Below, piece after piece: positions 12,551 to 24,274 of a stretch of DNA of 64,000 nt (the first letter of the stretch is position 1; every line of letters starts with the position of its first letter). A program made the position numbers and the translations under genes. Origin of the DNA: Chiloscyllium plagiosum (lineage: Eukaryota); NCBI RefSeq assembly GCF_004010195.1, contig NC_057719.1:67601048-67665047 (forward strand). Direction: 5' to 3'. The notes under the pieces are model-generated. The model ran no database searches. It was not told the DNA's origin and worked only from the letters and a program-made list of their open reading frames with translations.

Positions 12551-13654
12551 CTCCTGTTCCAATGAATAGGATCATCCTGAGGAGCAGCAGAAGTTTTGTG
12601 GTGGGCTGTCAACTTTTAAAGCATCACTGTGCATGCTTGGAGAGGGTCTGGCGATGTACATCTCAAGTATGTGTGCCACGATGTTTCAAGCCTTTGTGCT
12701 GATGTTCAAATCTATAGGAAGAGTGGCCACCTGCATGGTGCATTAAGGGCAGCAGTCAAATTAGTGCATGCTACCCTCACCAATGGCCTGCAGCCTCTGA
12801 ATGCCAGCTTCAACAGCATCAACGAAAATCTCACCTAGTACATGCAGCATCTCACTGAGGTGTCACTAAGTGCTTTCCAGCTCAAGGCAAGATCAATCAG
12901 AGATAAGGTGGAGAAAGGGTTCATTGAGGTGGAGATTGTATTTAAAAGCACTTCTGCTTCTTGCATGTTGGCTTCACCTCAGTTAAAGGCTCAGTTTCTG
13001 CCTCATGTTCTGTGAAACAAATCTGCCCTTGCACTGAAACAGGTAGAAGATACTTTGACAGGCCTGTTACGGACCCTAGAACTAAATGGCAATTGTCAAG
13101 AGCACCTCAGCAGTCAGAGAAGCTGAAGGAACAGCCTCTGTTTAGCTCAGCTGATATTCTGATTTTGTATTTAGATTTCTGAACAACATTAATTTCTGTT
13201 CAGCTGTGTATTGATTAGCCATGTTGAATTCATACAGCACACATTATGCCTGCCCTGACCAAAGATGATAATGTATAATCAAAGAGTATTCAACCCAATT
13301 TTTACAGTTTTTTGTTCTCAGCATCATAACTACTTTATGTTGCAAATCACAAAATGACCTCAATTATTGTATAGTCTATATTCTAGTATAAGATAAGTTT
13401 CAACAAAGTGCACTGTATATCTAAGCATTATGTAGCTATATATGTGATTTACATTGTAATGCATATGCAGGATTCTTGCATTTATAATCTTATATTTAAA
13501 CTGAACATGCTATTAGAAGGTTAATCCTAACATTACTAGATTTCATGCGCAGGAATAACTGTTAATAGTGCAGGACTTCAGTTTTTTTTTTGTATTGAAG
13601 GTTTGCATGTTTAAGATTTGGGACTGACTTAAGTTGTGTTATTGCATTTAAAAA

Positions 13655-13873
13655 TGATTTGGAGACACCGGTGTTGGACTGGGGTGTACAAAGTTAAAAA
13701 TCACACAACTCCAGGTTATAGTCCAACAGGTTTAATTGGAAGCACACTAGCTTTCAGTGCACTGCTCCTTCATAAGGTGATTGACCTGATGAAGGAGCGT
13801 CACTCCAAAAGCTAGTGTGCTTCCAATTAAACCTGTTGGACTATAACCTGGTGTTGTGTGATTTTTAACTTTG
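13655..13873. mobile_element. Short fold-back PLE pLTR element (second family) with 13-bp TSD and two back-to-back hammerhead-like cores
   Basis: Inverted arms lie around tcataag-gtgattgac-ctgatga (13770-13792). ttgcatttaaaaa occurs at 13642-13654 and 13871-13883. Confidence 0.85.
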
Positions 13874-14104
13874 CATTTAAAAAGACTTTTCCAATTACAT
13901 TAAGCTAATTCTCAAGACTACTAATATTTGAGTAACAATATCAAAATAAAAAAATGGTTATGAATCTATTGTGCTGGCTTGCATATAATCTTTGAATTGC
14001 TCAGGTTTATATAGTTTTTGTTAAGTTAAATCTTCACAAACAGTCCTAGCATATATGGTTGAACACTTAATTTTCAAAACTGATTATAAACATCATGGCA
14101 TAAT

Positions 14105-14606
14105 CGGAAAATGTTGTAAAACTTGAAAGGGTTCAGAAAAGATTTACAAGGATGTTGCCACAGGGTTGGAGGATTTGAGCTGTAGAGAGATGTTGAATAT
14201 GTTGGGGCTGTTTTTCCTGGAGCGGCGGAAGCTGAGGAGTGACCTTATAGAGGTTTACAAAACTATGAAGGGCATGGATAGGATAAATAGACAAAGTCTT
14301 TTCCCTGGGGTGGGGGAGTCCAGAACTAGAGGGCATAGGTTTAGGGTGAGAGGGGACCTAAGGGGAAACCTTTTCATGCAGAGGGTGGTACGTGTATGGA
14401 ATGAGGTGCCAGAGGAAGTGGTGGAGGTTGGTACAATTGCAACATTTAAAAGGCAATTGAATGGGTATATAAATAGGAAGGGTTTGGAGGGATATAGGCC
14501 AGCTGCTGGCAGGTGGGACTAGATTGGGTTGGGATATCTGGTTGCACGCGTTGGACCGAAGAGTCTGTTTCCATGCTGTACATCTCTATGACTCTATGAC
14601 TCTATA
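14105..14606 (+). mobile_element. CR1 LINE (HER1-like) 3' end with (ctctatga)n tail
   Basis: ORF 14166-14522 (LGLFFLERRKLRSDLIEVYK..RTRGHRF..QRVVRVWNEVP), followed by the tail ctctatgactctatgactctat. Confidence 0.93.
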
Positions 14607-15317
14607 ACAGCATGCTTTCAGGAAAGACTAAATGAAACCCATAGACACATATAATGTATCACTCTGAATTCTCAGTTGAGGGGCAGGGGAATGTTAAACT
14701 GATAAACAGGATTTATGTAATACATTTCACAATTTATTGGTAACTATTCTTTTCAGAAGTTAATTTTTTTATGTTTACCCCACTATAGTTTGGAGTCTCA
14801 AGAATCAGCATAAAATGCACATCCAAAAGACACCATCTAATAGAAACGCATGGGAACAAGAAATTAAACAAGCAATATTCACTTCAATATAAATATTAAT
14901 ATTTCACAGCATAGGATTTAATTTCACAACACATATAAGGCCAGAACATTACGGATATGTTGATTCATTAATAATATTTCCATTTGTTTGTGCTTTGCTT
15001 ATCATAAAAGAGTAGTAAACATATTGTTACTTTTTAAAATCTTTTTCCACTGTTGAAAATTATATTTTCCTGATTTTCATGTCTGTCAGATGTAAGAACA
15101 CTACAGGACAAAATTATATGACATGCAGAATCTTATAGAGGCCTGAACAATGTGGGCTGTCGTGAGAGAAGTGGCAAAATTGCGCAAGATGTCTATTGAG
15201 GCTTCTCTCGAACTTAGAACAACTTGCAGCATCTTTTAACTAAGTTCCCAGTGTCAGGGCAGGTTTCTTGCGAGGGAGCCTCTTTGCTTGCTTAGAACTC
15301 ACTCACTTAGCACCTAG

Positions 15318-15600
15318 TGGGTGGCACGATGTCTCAGTAGTGAGCACTGCTACCTCACAGTGCCAGGGACCCAGGTTCAATTCCATCCTGGGGAGACTGT
15401 GCAAACTCCACACAGCCATTCCCCCGGTGTCCGCGTGGTTTCTTCTGGATGCCCCAGTTTCTTCCCACAGTCCAAGGATGTGCAAGTTTGGTCGGTTGGC
15501 CATGAGAAATGCAGCATTGTGGGAGGGATGCTCTTCGGCAGGTTGATGTGGACTCAATGGATTTGAATGGCCTGCTTCCAGACTCCAGGGATTCTATGAT
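15318..15600 (+). mobile_element. tRNA-derived V-SINE (HE1-like)
   Basis: A-box-like tgtctcagtagtgagc, B box ggttcaattcc, V-domain-like gtgtccgcgtggtttc...cccacagtccaaggatgtgc, and CR1-type tail gggattctatgat. Confidence 0.8.
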
Positions 15601-15779
15601 ACTCACATGCCCACAGCATCCCTGCCTAAACTTGTCTTCCCTTGTTGTGCCTATTACTCCACTCACAACCAGGAAGCTTACCTGTTTAGCTGCACTTAAT
15701 CAATGGGACATACATCTTACTGTATGGCACCACATCAACCTCATAACTGCACCATGTGGCAGCAGCTTACGTGGCAAAC

Positions 15780-15990
15780 AACTACGTATGCAACAAGCCT
15801 TGTCTCAAAGTCTTAGGGAATTGGTCCTCACCAAAGTGTACAGGGGAACCTGTAAGGTGAGGGTCGCAGCACAGCAAATCAGGAGTCCCCTGCCTGTCCA
15901 GGTGATTAGTTATGGTCAGGCATCTGTTCTTGGGCAGGCGGTCCATGACTCTGCAGTTTAGAAGTGCATCATGGGAAGTCTTGTAACTTT
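15780..15990 (+). pseudogene. Possible Harbinger (HARBI1-like) transposase N-terminal relic
   Basis: ...IRSPLPVQV...HDSAV*KCIM loosely matches the HARBI1-type LPVAVKV...SQSAVHKCI. The match is weak. Confidence 0.3.
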
Positions 15991-18900
15991 ATAGTGGCCC
16001 ATTGTGGATAGTGACATTTGGTGAGCAATTGAGATCCACACTTTATAATCACCACTGTCAGTGCTGCTCAATTATCAGGTCACACAAGAGTTAGTTCTCT
16101 AGATCAGGGACCATGCTTTGTGCCTCTTAGATCCTTCCAAGTCAACACAAAGAATTCTGCATCATTACTTCACTCCCTTGGAACTGAATAAATTGTGTCG
16201 ATTGTGCTTCTGTTGAGTTTAAATGTTTAAAATTGCATGCTATGCAAGGATTGTTCCAATCAATAATGATTAAATATTAATTCCACATTGTTTTAGTAAA
16301 AGTTCCCTAGAGATACAACTGATGGAGAAAACGGGATTCATCCTTTGACTTTGCAGAAGAGATATTACACAAACTCCTTCCAATTGGAATTGACCTTTCT
16401 TTCTTATCCCTACTGCACATTAAAGATTGTCCCTCATTTCTTCTCACATCCTTGCCTGAAGGTGGCACTCCCATGCTAGTAATTTACACGAGGTTGTTCT
16501 GATTAACCAAAATTATTAAATAAATATTAATTTTCAGACATACCATAATGTTTAAATGACTGAGCATGACTTTTTAAAAAAATACACTTTAATTTGCTAA
16601 TTACGTTGATGTGAACAGAAATATAGAAAAAGGAGTAGATTCAGCCTCTTGAGCTGATTTCATCATTCATTAGATCATTCTGATCTGTGGCCTTTGGCTC
16701 ATGTCCCTTAATATTTTTGTTTAACAAAAACGTATCTAACATTTATAATAAACTCATTTTGAGCAGTATTAGTAAAAGGCTTTTACAATTCAACAGGCTT
16801 TAAAACATATCTTACAATCCTTGCACCAGAAGAGACAGCTCAATTTGTACACCCCTACCCCTACTTTGAAGGTCTGTAAATAAATTCCGAATGCTAGGCA
16901 ATAGCCAACTTTGTGATCAGGACCAGCTCGTTACAAAATATCGAGTAAGACGGTGAAAACTTCAATTGCACTGAATGCAATTTGTACTTAAAATTCTGAG
17001 AACTGATTTTGGGTAAGCTGAGCCAAACATTTAGCATGAATGAGAGAAAACTCCACCCTAGTGCATCTTGGAACATACCATTCATGATCAGACTAAAAAC
17101 CTTTTACTGGACTGAAGAAAACAATATTCATCATATTGCAATAGGACTTACTACATTTTTAAGTTCAGTAGCATTCCAAATGAGCAAGGACTGTAGAGGT
17201 TTTGATCATCGCATTACTTGGAACAGATGTCAGTTGACTTGGCTAAGGAGCTGATAGTCACATGGGAAAGAAACACAACTAACATTCAGATTCTATTTTG
17301 AAGATCATAACTCACTATTTAAGTGGGTTATTATTGATATTCCAATAATTAATGTCAACATAGTTCAGAATTGATTTGCTAATGCCCTTTACATATTATT
17401 CATTTCAAAGATCTAACCAAAATGTCTCAACAGTTATCAAAATGTCTCCCTATTCTGATATGTAAGCTGCATCAGTGCCTTGACCTACTTTATAATTCTC
17501 TGTAAGTACATCCTGGATGGTCACTGGGATAATTTCCCCAAAGGGTGATGATTCAAACTAGGCATTATTGTTTCAGTCTCCCATTGTGCATAATGGGAAA
17601 TCAGGATTATAATTGGCATCATATTGATATTGCCCATTTTCCAGTCAAAGTCAACATGACTCCCATTGAATCTAGTCCATATGGTCAAGGATCGAATCAC
17701 AATTATCAACATAGTTAAATTCAATGGAATTTACCTTTGACCTTTTTCAAACATACACTCCACTAAAGCATAGAGGACTTCAACCTGATAAAACCAACCA
17801 GAGTTTCATATGGTTAAATTTTGTTGACAATATTGTCTATTCTAAGCGTGATACTTTTTGTAACTATATTGCCCCAAAGTAACTTCCTTGTAGCATTCCT
17901 TCAAAAGAAAATTAAAAAGTTATTGCAAATAGTGGTGGGGTGAATACAGGACATAAGTTATGCCTGCTGGAAGAGTGTTTTAAGGTTTGTTGTCAGGGAA
18001 GAAGAAAATTAAAATAGCAAAGCTGCTGAGTTTCACCAGCAATATCTGTTTTTGCTTCAAATCTCCAGCATCTGCAGTTCTTTGTTTTATTTTAATGAGA
18101 GGAGACTGCCCAATAGGCCAGACAATACACCCACTATCTTGGCAGACATGCCCACTGGCACTGTCCTACATATTGCTCCATCAAGGTCCTCATCTATGTT
18201 CTGCAGTAGAACTCTTCTGTAATCTCACCCTCCAGTGAACGGGTAAGTAAACTTTCACCTCTGGAATGGTTGTAGCACAATGGTGTTTGGATAATTCATG
18301 CTGATCCCAATCTAAACTAACCTCCAAAGTGCATACAATGGCAATATTTGAATTGGTGACTGCAAATGTCAGATCAAGTAATGGGGCCTCTCCCAAAGGT
18401 ACTGTCCATTTACTCTATTTCCTCCCTCTGGGGCCACTGTATTTGAGCAGGATGCAGCTCTTGGGTTTTTGAAAAAAGAACTCAGAAGTGATGTGAGGGA
18501 AGTGGGAGTGGGTTGGGGTATAAGTGCTGGAAAATCATCTCAAATCTCCCGCCCTATCTGCTAAAATCAATTACTTTGCAAGTGAGTCTGTATTGGTGAG
18601 TTTCAATAATGCACATCCCAACCACCTTTGCAATCCTGGAGACCAGGAGCACATTTACATTTGAAGTTGTCATTTTCTATATGACAGCTGATCACTGTGA
18701 TGCAAATTAATATAAAAATGTGGCCAAGGCATATTCCGATAATACATCTCTTTGAAATACATCCAGACATAATGGATGTGTTTGTATGCCACACAGCATT
18801 TCCGATGAAAAATTGCAAAAGTTGGTGTAAGGGAAAGAATCACAAAGACTTCCATGCATGTCATCAGCCTCTGCCCATTGTATTTGCCAGGGACTGCTTG

Positions 18901-20637
18901 TTTCATACAAACATAAAATTGAAGAAATGTAAATGAGATGGCAGTGGAAGGTCACTGAGCAAAAAAAAACAAGAAAAAAGTGCAGGAGGAGCCAAGGATC
19001 ACCTTTGAGCAAAGCACATAGAGATACGGTAATGAAATTGGATGGTCATTATAAAATACGAGCCTAGTGGTCATGTCACTGCTGCCTCATGTGTCAACAC
19101 TCTACCCAAAAGAAAAGAGTGGAAATTCCATTGGCTGCTACAAATCAATGGCCCAAAATTGAATGCTCATAAAATTGAGAATCAGTGTAATAACTCATTT
19201 TTCTATGTCCCGCTCCAACCATCTAGTTACTGCCACAATTGAGCAAACCACAGCAGAAACTGCAAGGTGGTGCATGGACTCAGATGAGGCTGGAAAATCG
19301 ATCAGTTCAGGTCCTTGTCTGCCTGTTCAGTTCTGCTCTGGCCTCTCACATTAATCTCTTGTTCTTCCACCTTTTGAATAGTACTGATGATTGGCTTTGT
19401 GGCCTGCAGTCATATTGATTACCTCTAAGTTGTTTTTTTTCAGAATCTAAAGTGTTGACAAGACAATTTAGAATCCCAGGCAGCTACTTTTATCGGTAAT
19501 TCTGTTTGCTTACAAGAGTTGACAGTTTTGTGCTGAAGTTTCCCATTCTCTGTTGTGAGCCTTTAAAGACTGAGAAGATGTCTTTGACAAGGATTTTGAG
19601 CATCTAGATTAGTAGAAACTATGGGATTGAACTTCCACAGGGATTCTCCTGCAACTCTGCTTGAGGATCTGTGGAAACTCCAAAGAAATAGCAGACACAA
19701 TTTTCATGCTGTTCCTGAAGAATTTTCTGTCAATGTTACTGGGGATAATTGGGAGACTTTCTCCTCAGTCTCCACTCCAGAAATTTGACTTCTATGAATC
19801 TTGGCCCTATTTAAGGCAAGACAGAATCTATTCATTGAGAACAGGCTGCATTTGCTGAGCTTCAGCATGCACTGATCTCAGCCAATCTAGTCTGACAAAG
19901 AAAGCAGTGATGAGGACAAAGTAACACTTTAAGCTTGCTCTTTATCATAACACCTTTAAAAATAAAATCCTTTTAAAGAAATGGCTGAAAAAATTAGGAT
20001 GGCAGGCAAAATTCAACCCATACATTCACATTCAGGAGGACATTGTGTAACATGTGCCTAATGTCTGAGTTTACAGTGTGCGTGGAGTTCAATGAATCAG
20101 AGATAATGTTACAATAGCAAAGATCTAATTTCCAGACTTGTGCTATCTTTGAATATGGGCATGTGTTGGGAGCTTTGAATATGCTTCATGATCTTTTGAA
20201 GTGTTGCACTTTCATCTATTACCATTGCTGTCCATCTTTTGGAATGGTTCTCTACCCCAATAGTTTGTAGTGATAGATGTTGAAAAGGATAAAATTATAC
20301 CAAAATGCATAGAATAGCCAATTAAATAGAACTCTTTCAAATTAACAGGCAACTTTGTTTTCATTGTTTATTCGTACTGGTTTTGAGAGGATGCTTACAA
20401 ACAGATCTAGAAATAACTGATCTATTGGGAACATTTTTCAGTGGTGAGAGTATTTTTTGAGCACATACCAGGTAATGTTGTTAATCTGTGTCAGAAATTT
20501 CCAACTTCCAAGTAAAAAAAAGCAAAATTTGGAAAGAATAATCTTCATAGATCAAATCAAAAATATTGTTATAGGTGTCTTTAGATTCCTTTCCATATCA
20601 TAAATAAATAATAGTGCAGATGATGGAGTTTAATTAG

Positions 20638-20767
20638 GATGATTTGGAGATGCCGGTGTTGGACTGGGGTGTACAAAGTTAAAAATCACACAACACCAGG
20701 TTATAGTCCAACAGGTTTAATTGGAAGCACTAGTGTTCAGAGCACTGCTCCTTCATCAGGTGGTTGA
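20638..20767 (-). mobile_element. Solo PLE pLTR (same family as 13655-13873) with hammerhead-like core
   Basis: Near-identical to 13655-13780, and ends 7 nt beyond tcatcag. Confidence 0.85.
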
Positions 20768-21102
20768 CAAGATGTGGGCATATGGAAGAAAAATAAAAGG
20801 TAATCAGTAAGTCTTTTAAATATTTGTAAGCCTTTTCAAGGACAGTAATAGGAGAATAGAGTATAAGCCTAAAGCATAGACTCTGCATGTGGCAGACTGG
20901 CGAAGATGGTATGAATGGGGGACGGAAAGGGTTTGGACATATGAACATATGCAAACATACAAATCAGAAGCAGACCATTCAGTCTCTCGAGCCTGCTCTG
21001 CTACTCAAGAAGGTCATGACTGAGCTCATTGTAAACTCTTATCCACATTCCTTCCTATTGCTGACAACCTTTCACACCCACGCTTGACAAAAATCTATTG
21101 AC

Positions 21103-22187
21103 GAGGTAAAAACAATGACTGCAGATGCTGGAAACCAGATTCTGGATCAGTGGTGCTGGAAGAGCACAGCAATTCAGGCAGCATCCGAGGACAGGCAAAA
21201 TCAATGTTTCGGGCAAAAGCCCTTCATCAGGAATAAAGGCAGAGAGCCTGAAGNNNNNNNNNNNNNNNNNNNNNNNNNNNNNNNNNNNNNNNNNNNNNNN
21301 NNNNNNNNNNNNNNNNNNNNNNNNNNNNNNNNNNNNNNNNNNNNNNNNNNNNNNNNNNNNNNNNNNNNNNNNNNNNNNNNNNNNNNNNNNNNNNNNNNNN
21401 NNNNNNNNNNNNNNNNNNNNNNNNNNNNNNNNNNNNNNNNNNNNNNNNNNNNNNNNNNNNNNNNNNNNNNNNNNNNNNNNNNNNNNNNNNNNNNNNNNNN
21501 NNNNNNNNNNNNNNNNNNNNNNNNNNNNNNNNNNNNNNNNNNNNNNNNNNNNNNNNNNNNNNNNNNNNNNNNNNNNNNNNNNNNNNNNNNNNNNNNNNNN
21601 NNNNNNNTGGGCGCAGGTTTTGCAATTCCTGCAGTGGCAAGGGAGTGTGCCACGACGGGACGGTGGTTCGTTGGGGGGCGTGGACCTGACCAGGTAGTCA
21701 CGGAGGGAACGGTCTTTGCGGAAGGCGGAGAGGGGTGGGGAGGGAAATATATCCCTGGTGGTGGGGTCTGTTTGGAGGTGGCGGAAATGTCGGCGGATGA
21801 TTTGGTTTATGCGAAGGTTGGTAGGGTGGAAGGTGAGCACCAGGGGCGTTCTGTCCTTGTTGCGGTTGGAGGGGTTGGGTCTGAGGGCGGAGGTGCGGGA
21901 AGTGGACGAGATGCGTTGGAGGACATCTTTAACCACGTGGGAAGGGAAACTGCGGTCTCTAAAGAAGGAGGCCATCTGGTGTGTTCTATGGTGGAACCGC
22001 TCCTCCTGGGAGCACCTATTGTACTCTATGCCACACTCTCCCCACCCCCACCCTCCTCTAGCTTATCTCTCCACGCTTCAGGCTCTCTGCCTTTATTCCT
22101 GATGAAGGGCTTTTGCCCGAAACGTCGATTTTGCCTGTCCTCGGATGCTGCCTGAATTGCTGTGCTCTTCCAGCACCACTGATCCAG
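21103..22187 (-). mobile_element. Penelope-like element 3' half plus inverted pLTR, with 14-bp TSD (contains N gap 21254-21607)
   Basis: ORF 21055-21975 reads RNKDRTPLVLTFHPTNLRINQIIRRHF..IFPSPPLSAFRKDRSLRDYLVRS..PCHCRNCKTC, the PLE RT-endonuclease linker. An inverted pLTR lies at ~22012-22187. aaaaatctattgac occurs at 21089-21102 and 22188-22201. Confidence 0.93.
22095..22130 (+). ncRNA. Best-preserved minimal hammerhead ribozyme motif
   Basis: CTGATGA (22099-22105)-A-GGGC-TTTT-GCCC-GAAA-CG-TC, with a GUC triplet and palindromic ACGT in place of helix III. Confidence 0.75.
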
Positions 22188-23049
22188 AAAAATCTATTGA
22201 CCTCTGCCTTAAAAATATTCAAGGGTTCTGCATCCACACCTTTTCAGAAAGAGAGTCCCAAAGACTCACAATCATCTGAGAGAAAAAAGAATAATCTAAT
22301 CTTTGTTTTAAATGGGCAAAACCTGATTATTAAACAAAATTCTGGACTCTTACATAAAATAAAATATCCTCTTTACACTCACTCTATCAAGACCACTCAG
22401 AATTTTCTATGCTTCACTCAAGTCACCTCTTATTCTTCAATCCAGTAGATAAAGCACGGCCTGAACAACGTTTACTCATAAGATAATCTGCCCATTCCAG
22501 GTATTAATAACTGTTCTCTAAACTGCTTCCAATGTATTCATATCTCCTTTAAATATGATTACCAATGCTATGCACAATGCTCTAAATGTGATCAGTCCAG
22601 TGCCCTGTATATGTGAACCATAACATCTCTAACTTCCATGTTCAATTCCGCTTGTGATTAATGATAACATTCTATTCCCAATTACTTGTTGTATCTGTAC
22701 CTGCTAGCCTTTTACATTGCATGTGCAAGGACACCCGGATTCCTTTGCATCTCAGAGCTCTGCAATCTCTCACCATTGCAATAATGTTCTTCATGTTTGT
22801 TCTTTCTGCCAAAATGGACAATTTTATATTTTTTCATATTATACATCATTCTACATTTACTTATTCAACTTGTCTATATCCTTTTGTAACCTCATTGTGT
22901 TCTCTTCACAACTTATTTTTCCATCTATCTTTGTCTCATCAGCAAATTTGGCAACCATAGTTTCCATTCCTTCATCTAAGTCAATTCTATTGATCACAAA
23001 CAGTTGAGGTTCCAGCACCAATCCCTGTGGCACACCACTTGATAATTAT

Positions 23050-23240
23050 TGTCAAACGCGTGTTGCTGGGAAAGCACTGCAGGTCAGGCAGCATCAGAGG
23101 AGCAGGAGAATCGATGTTTCGGCCATAAGCCCTTCATCAGGATTGATTCCTGATGAAGGGCTTATGGCCGAAAGGTTGATTATCCTGCTCCTTGGATGCT
23201 GCCTGATCTGCAGTGCTTTCCCAGCAACACACGCTTGACA
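23050..23240. mobile_element. Symmetric 191-bp fold-back PLE pLTR element, flanked by ataattat
   Basis: tgtcaa...tcatcag-gattgattc-ctgatga...ttgaca. ataattat occurs at 23042-23049 and 23241-23248. Confidence 0.88.
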
Positions 23241-23909
23241 ATAATTATCATAGGTTGAAGAGAGGAGTGTCTATTGGAACTAAGCATATATGCCATCTGT
23301 CAAGCCTACTGTTGACTCCTGAAGGATCATTCTGAAGAAAACAGAGATTAGGGCAATGGTGGAACATACATTCACCAATGGGTATGTAGCTCCTTCTAGA
23401 CTAGGCGATTGATCATTTCTGGAATAATATATCACAAATTACAACAGGAGTTGATAATATTGGAACAATAACATTTATGATATGTTAGTAATTGTCAGTC
23501 TGGGATGAATGACTACATTGTCTCTTTCAATAAAATTGGAATTATTGCTTAAAACAATATATTCAAATGCTTAAACCTGGAATCAGTTTCATTTTTTGAT
23601 TTCCTTTGTCACCCTCCATTTTTAACCCATAAAGCAGGTCAAAGAATATGTGCTCAGCTTTCATTAAAGTTGTTTTCTTAGTATGAATTAGAAAGTGTGG
23701 AATTACGCTCAGCAATATATTCCTTTGATTTTCTCCTTCACCTTGTGAAAAGTACATTATTTAGTTAATGTACACATACATTGAATATTTGTCAAATTAA
23801 CTCAATTTTTGCACATTCATATCAATATTTTAATAGGTTCCAGAGTCAAATAATTGGTGTTTGATACAGATATCAGGAATGCTTCCCATTAGGAACTTAT
23901 TCATATCTT

Positions 23910-24090
23910 TTTCTTTATTCATGGGATGTGAGCATCAATTATGATGCCAGCATTTGTTGCCAATCCCAAATTGCTCTTGAACTGAGTGAGTGGCCAGATT
24001 ACATCCGAGGGCAGTTAAATTCAATCACACCGCTGATGTCCAGAGACATATGTAGGCCAGATAAAGTAAAGATGGCAGATTTCCCAGAGA
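23910..24090 (-). mobile_element. LINE/SINE 3' tail fragment (same tail as 44600-44670)
   Basis: tttattcatgggatgtgagcatc...gccagcatttgttgccaatccc is antisense to gggatgagcaataaatgctggcc...cccacgtcccatga at 44600-44670. Confidence 0.6.
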
Positions 24091-24274
24091 TTTTGAGAAG
24101 TGATGGTAGAAACGAATATGTTATAGGATTTAAAGCCCTCTGCATGTTCCTCAACCATTCTCATTCTCTTGCTGACCATTGAAGAATATTACTTGATCAG
24201 GAGGTTCTTTGGTAAGCAAAGCTGAATAAGGTACAGAGTGTCAACAAGATTCATAAGAACCTTGGCAAACTGAA

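Larger units (their letters stand above)
11693..12559. mobile_element. Fold-back Penelope-like insertion: two inverted copies of the endonuclease C-terminus plus pLTR, with 15-bp TSD
   Basis: The arms are near-perfect reverse complements about TTGTACAA (12121-12128), and both encode EEERLIFRLGTLQPQGMNSDF. caatgaataggatca flanks the insert at 11678-11692 and 12560-12574. Confidence 0.93.
9800..13000 (+). pseudogene. Degenerate, intron-containing Myb/SANT-like gene of a PIF/Harbinger DNA transposon, interrupted by later insertions
   Basis: Exon-like 9800-9999 reads HFADACL*PMLQAV..FPADRRKKPP / AWQELVQVVWSCTQSLKKFNNLIRSEK and ends at AAG|GTGAGT. Exon-like 10311-10471 reads KRALDTMEKERNGGGPSLSSLLTTAEEEALAI, matching the ER-x-TGGG motif after the Myb domain. 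The 11420-13000 block resembles 42800-43450. Assigned from remembered NAIF1/MSANTD-type consensus. Confidence 0.6.
20935..23040 (-). mobile_element. CR1 LINE 3' portion, degenerate, split by the PLE at 21103-22187
   Basis: Antisense CR1 tail at ~20940. RT-region antisense (tcatcagcaaatttggcaacc...ccctgtggcacaccact) at 22930-23040. Confidence 0.8.

Noticed and set aside
21055..22155. Long ORFs of 306 and 346 aa
   Set aside because: The length comes from reading through 354 Ns. The real content is a PLE fragment and its antisense.
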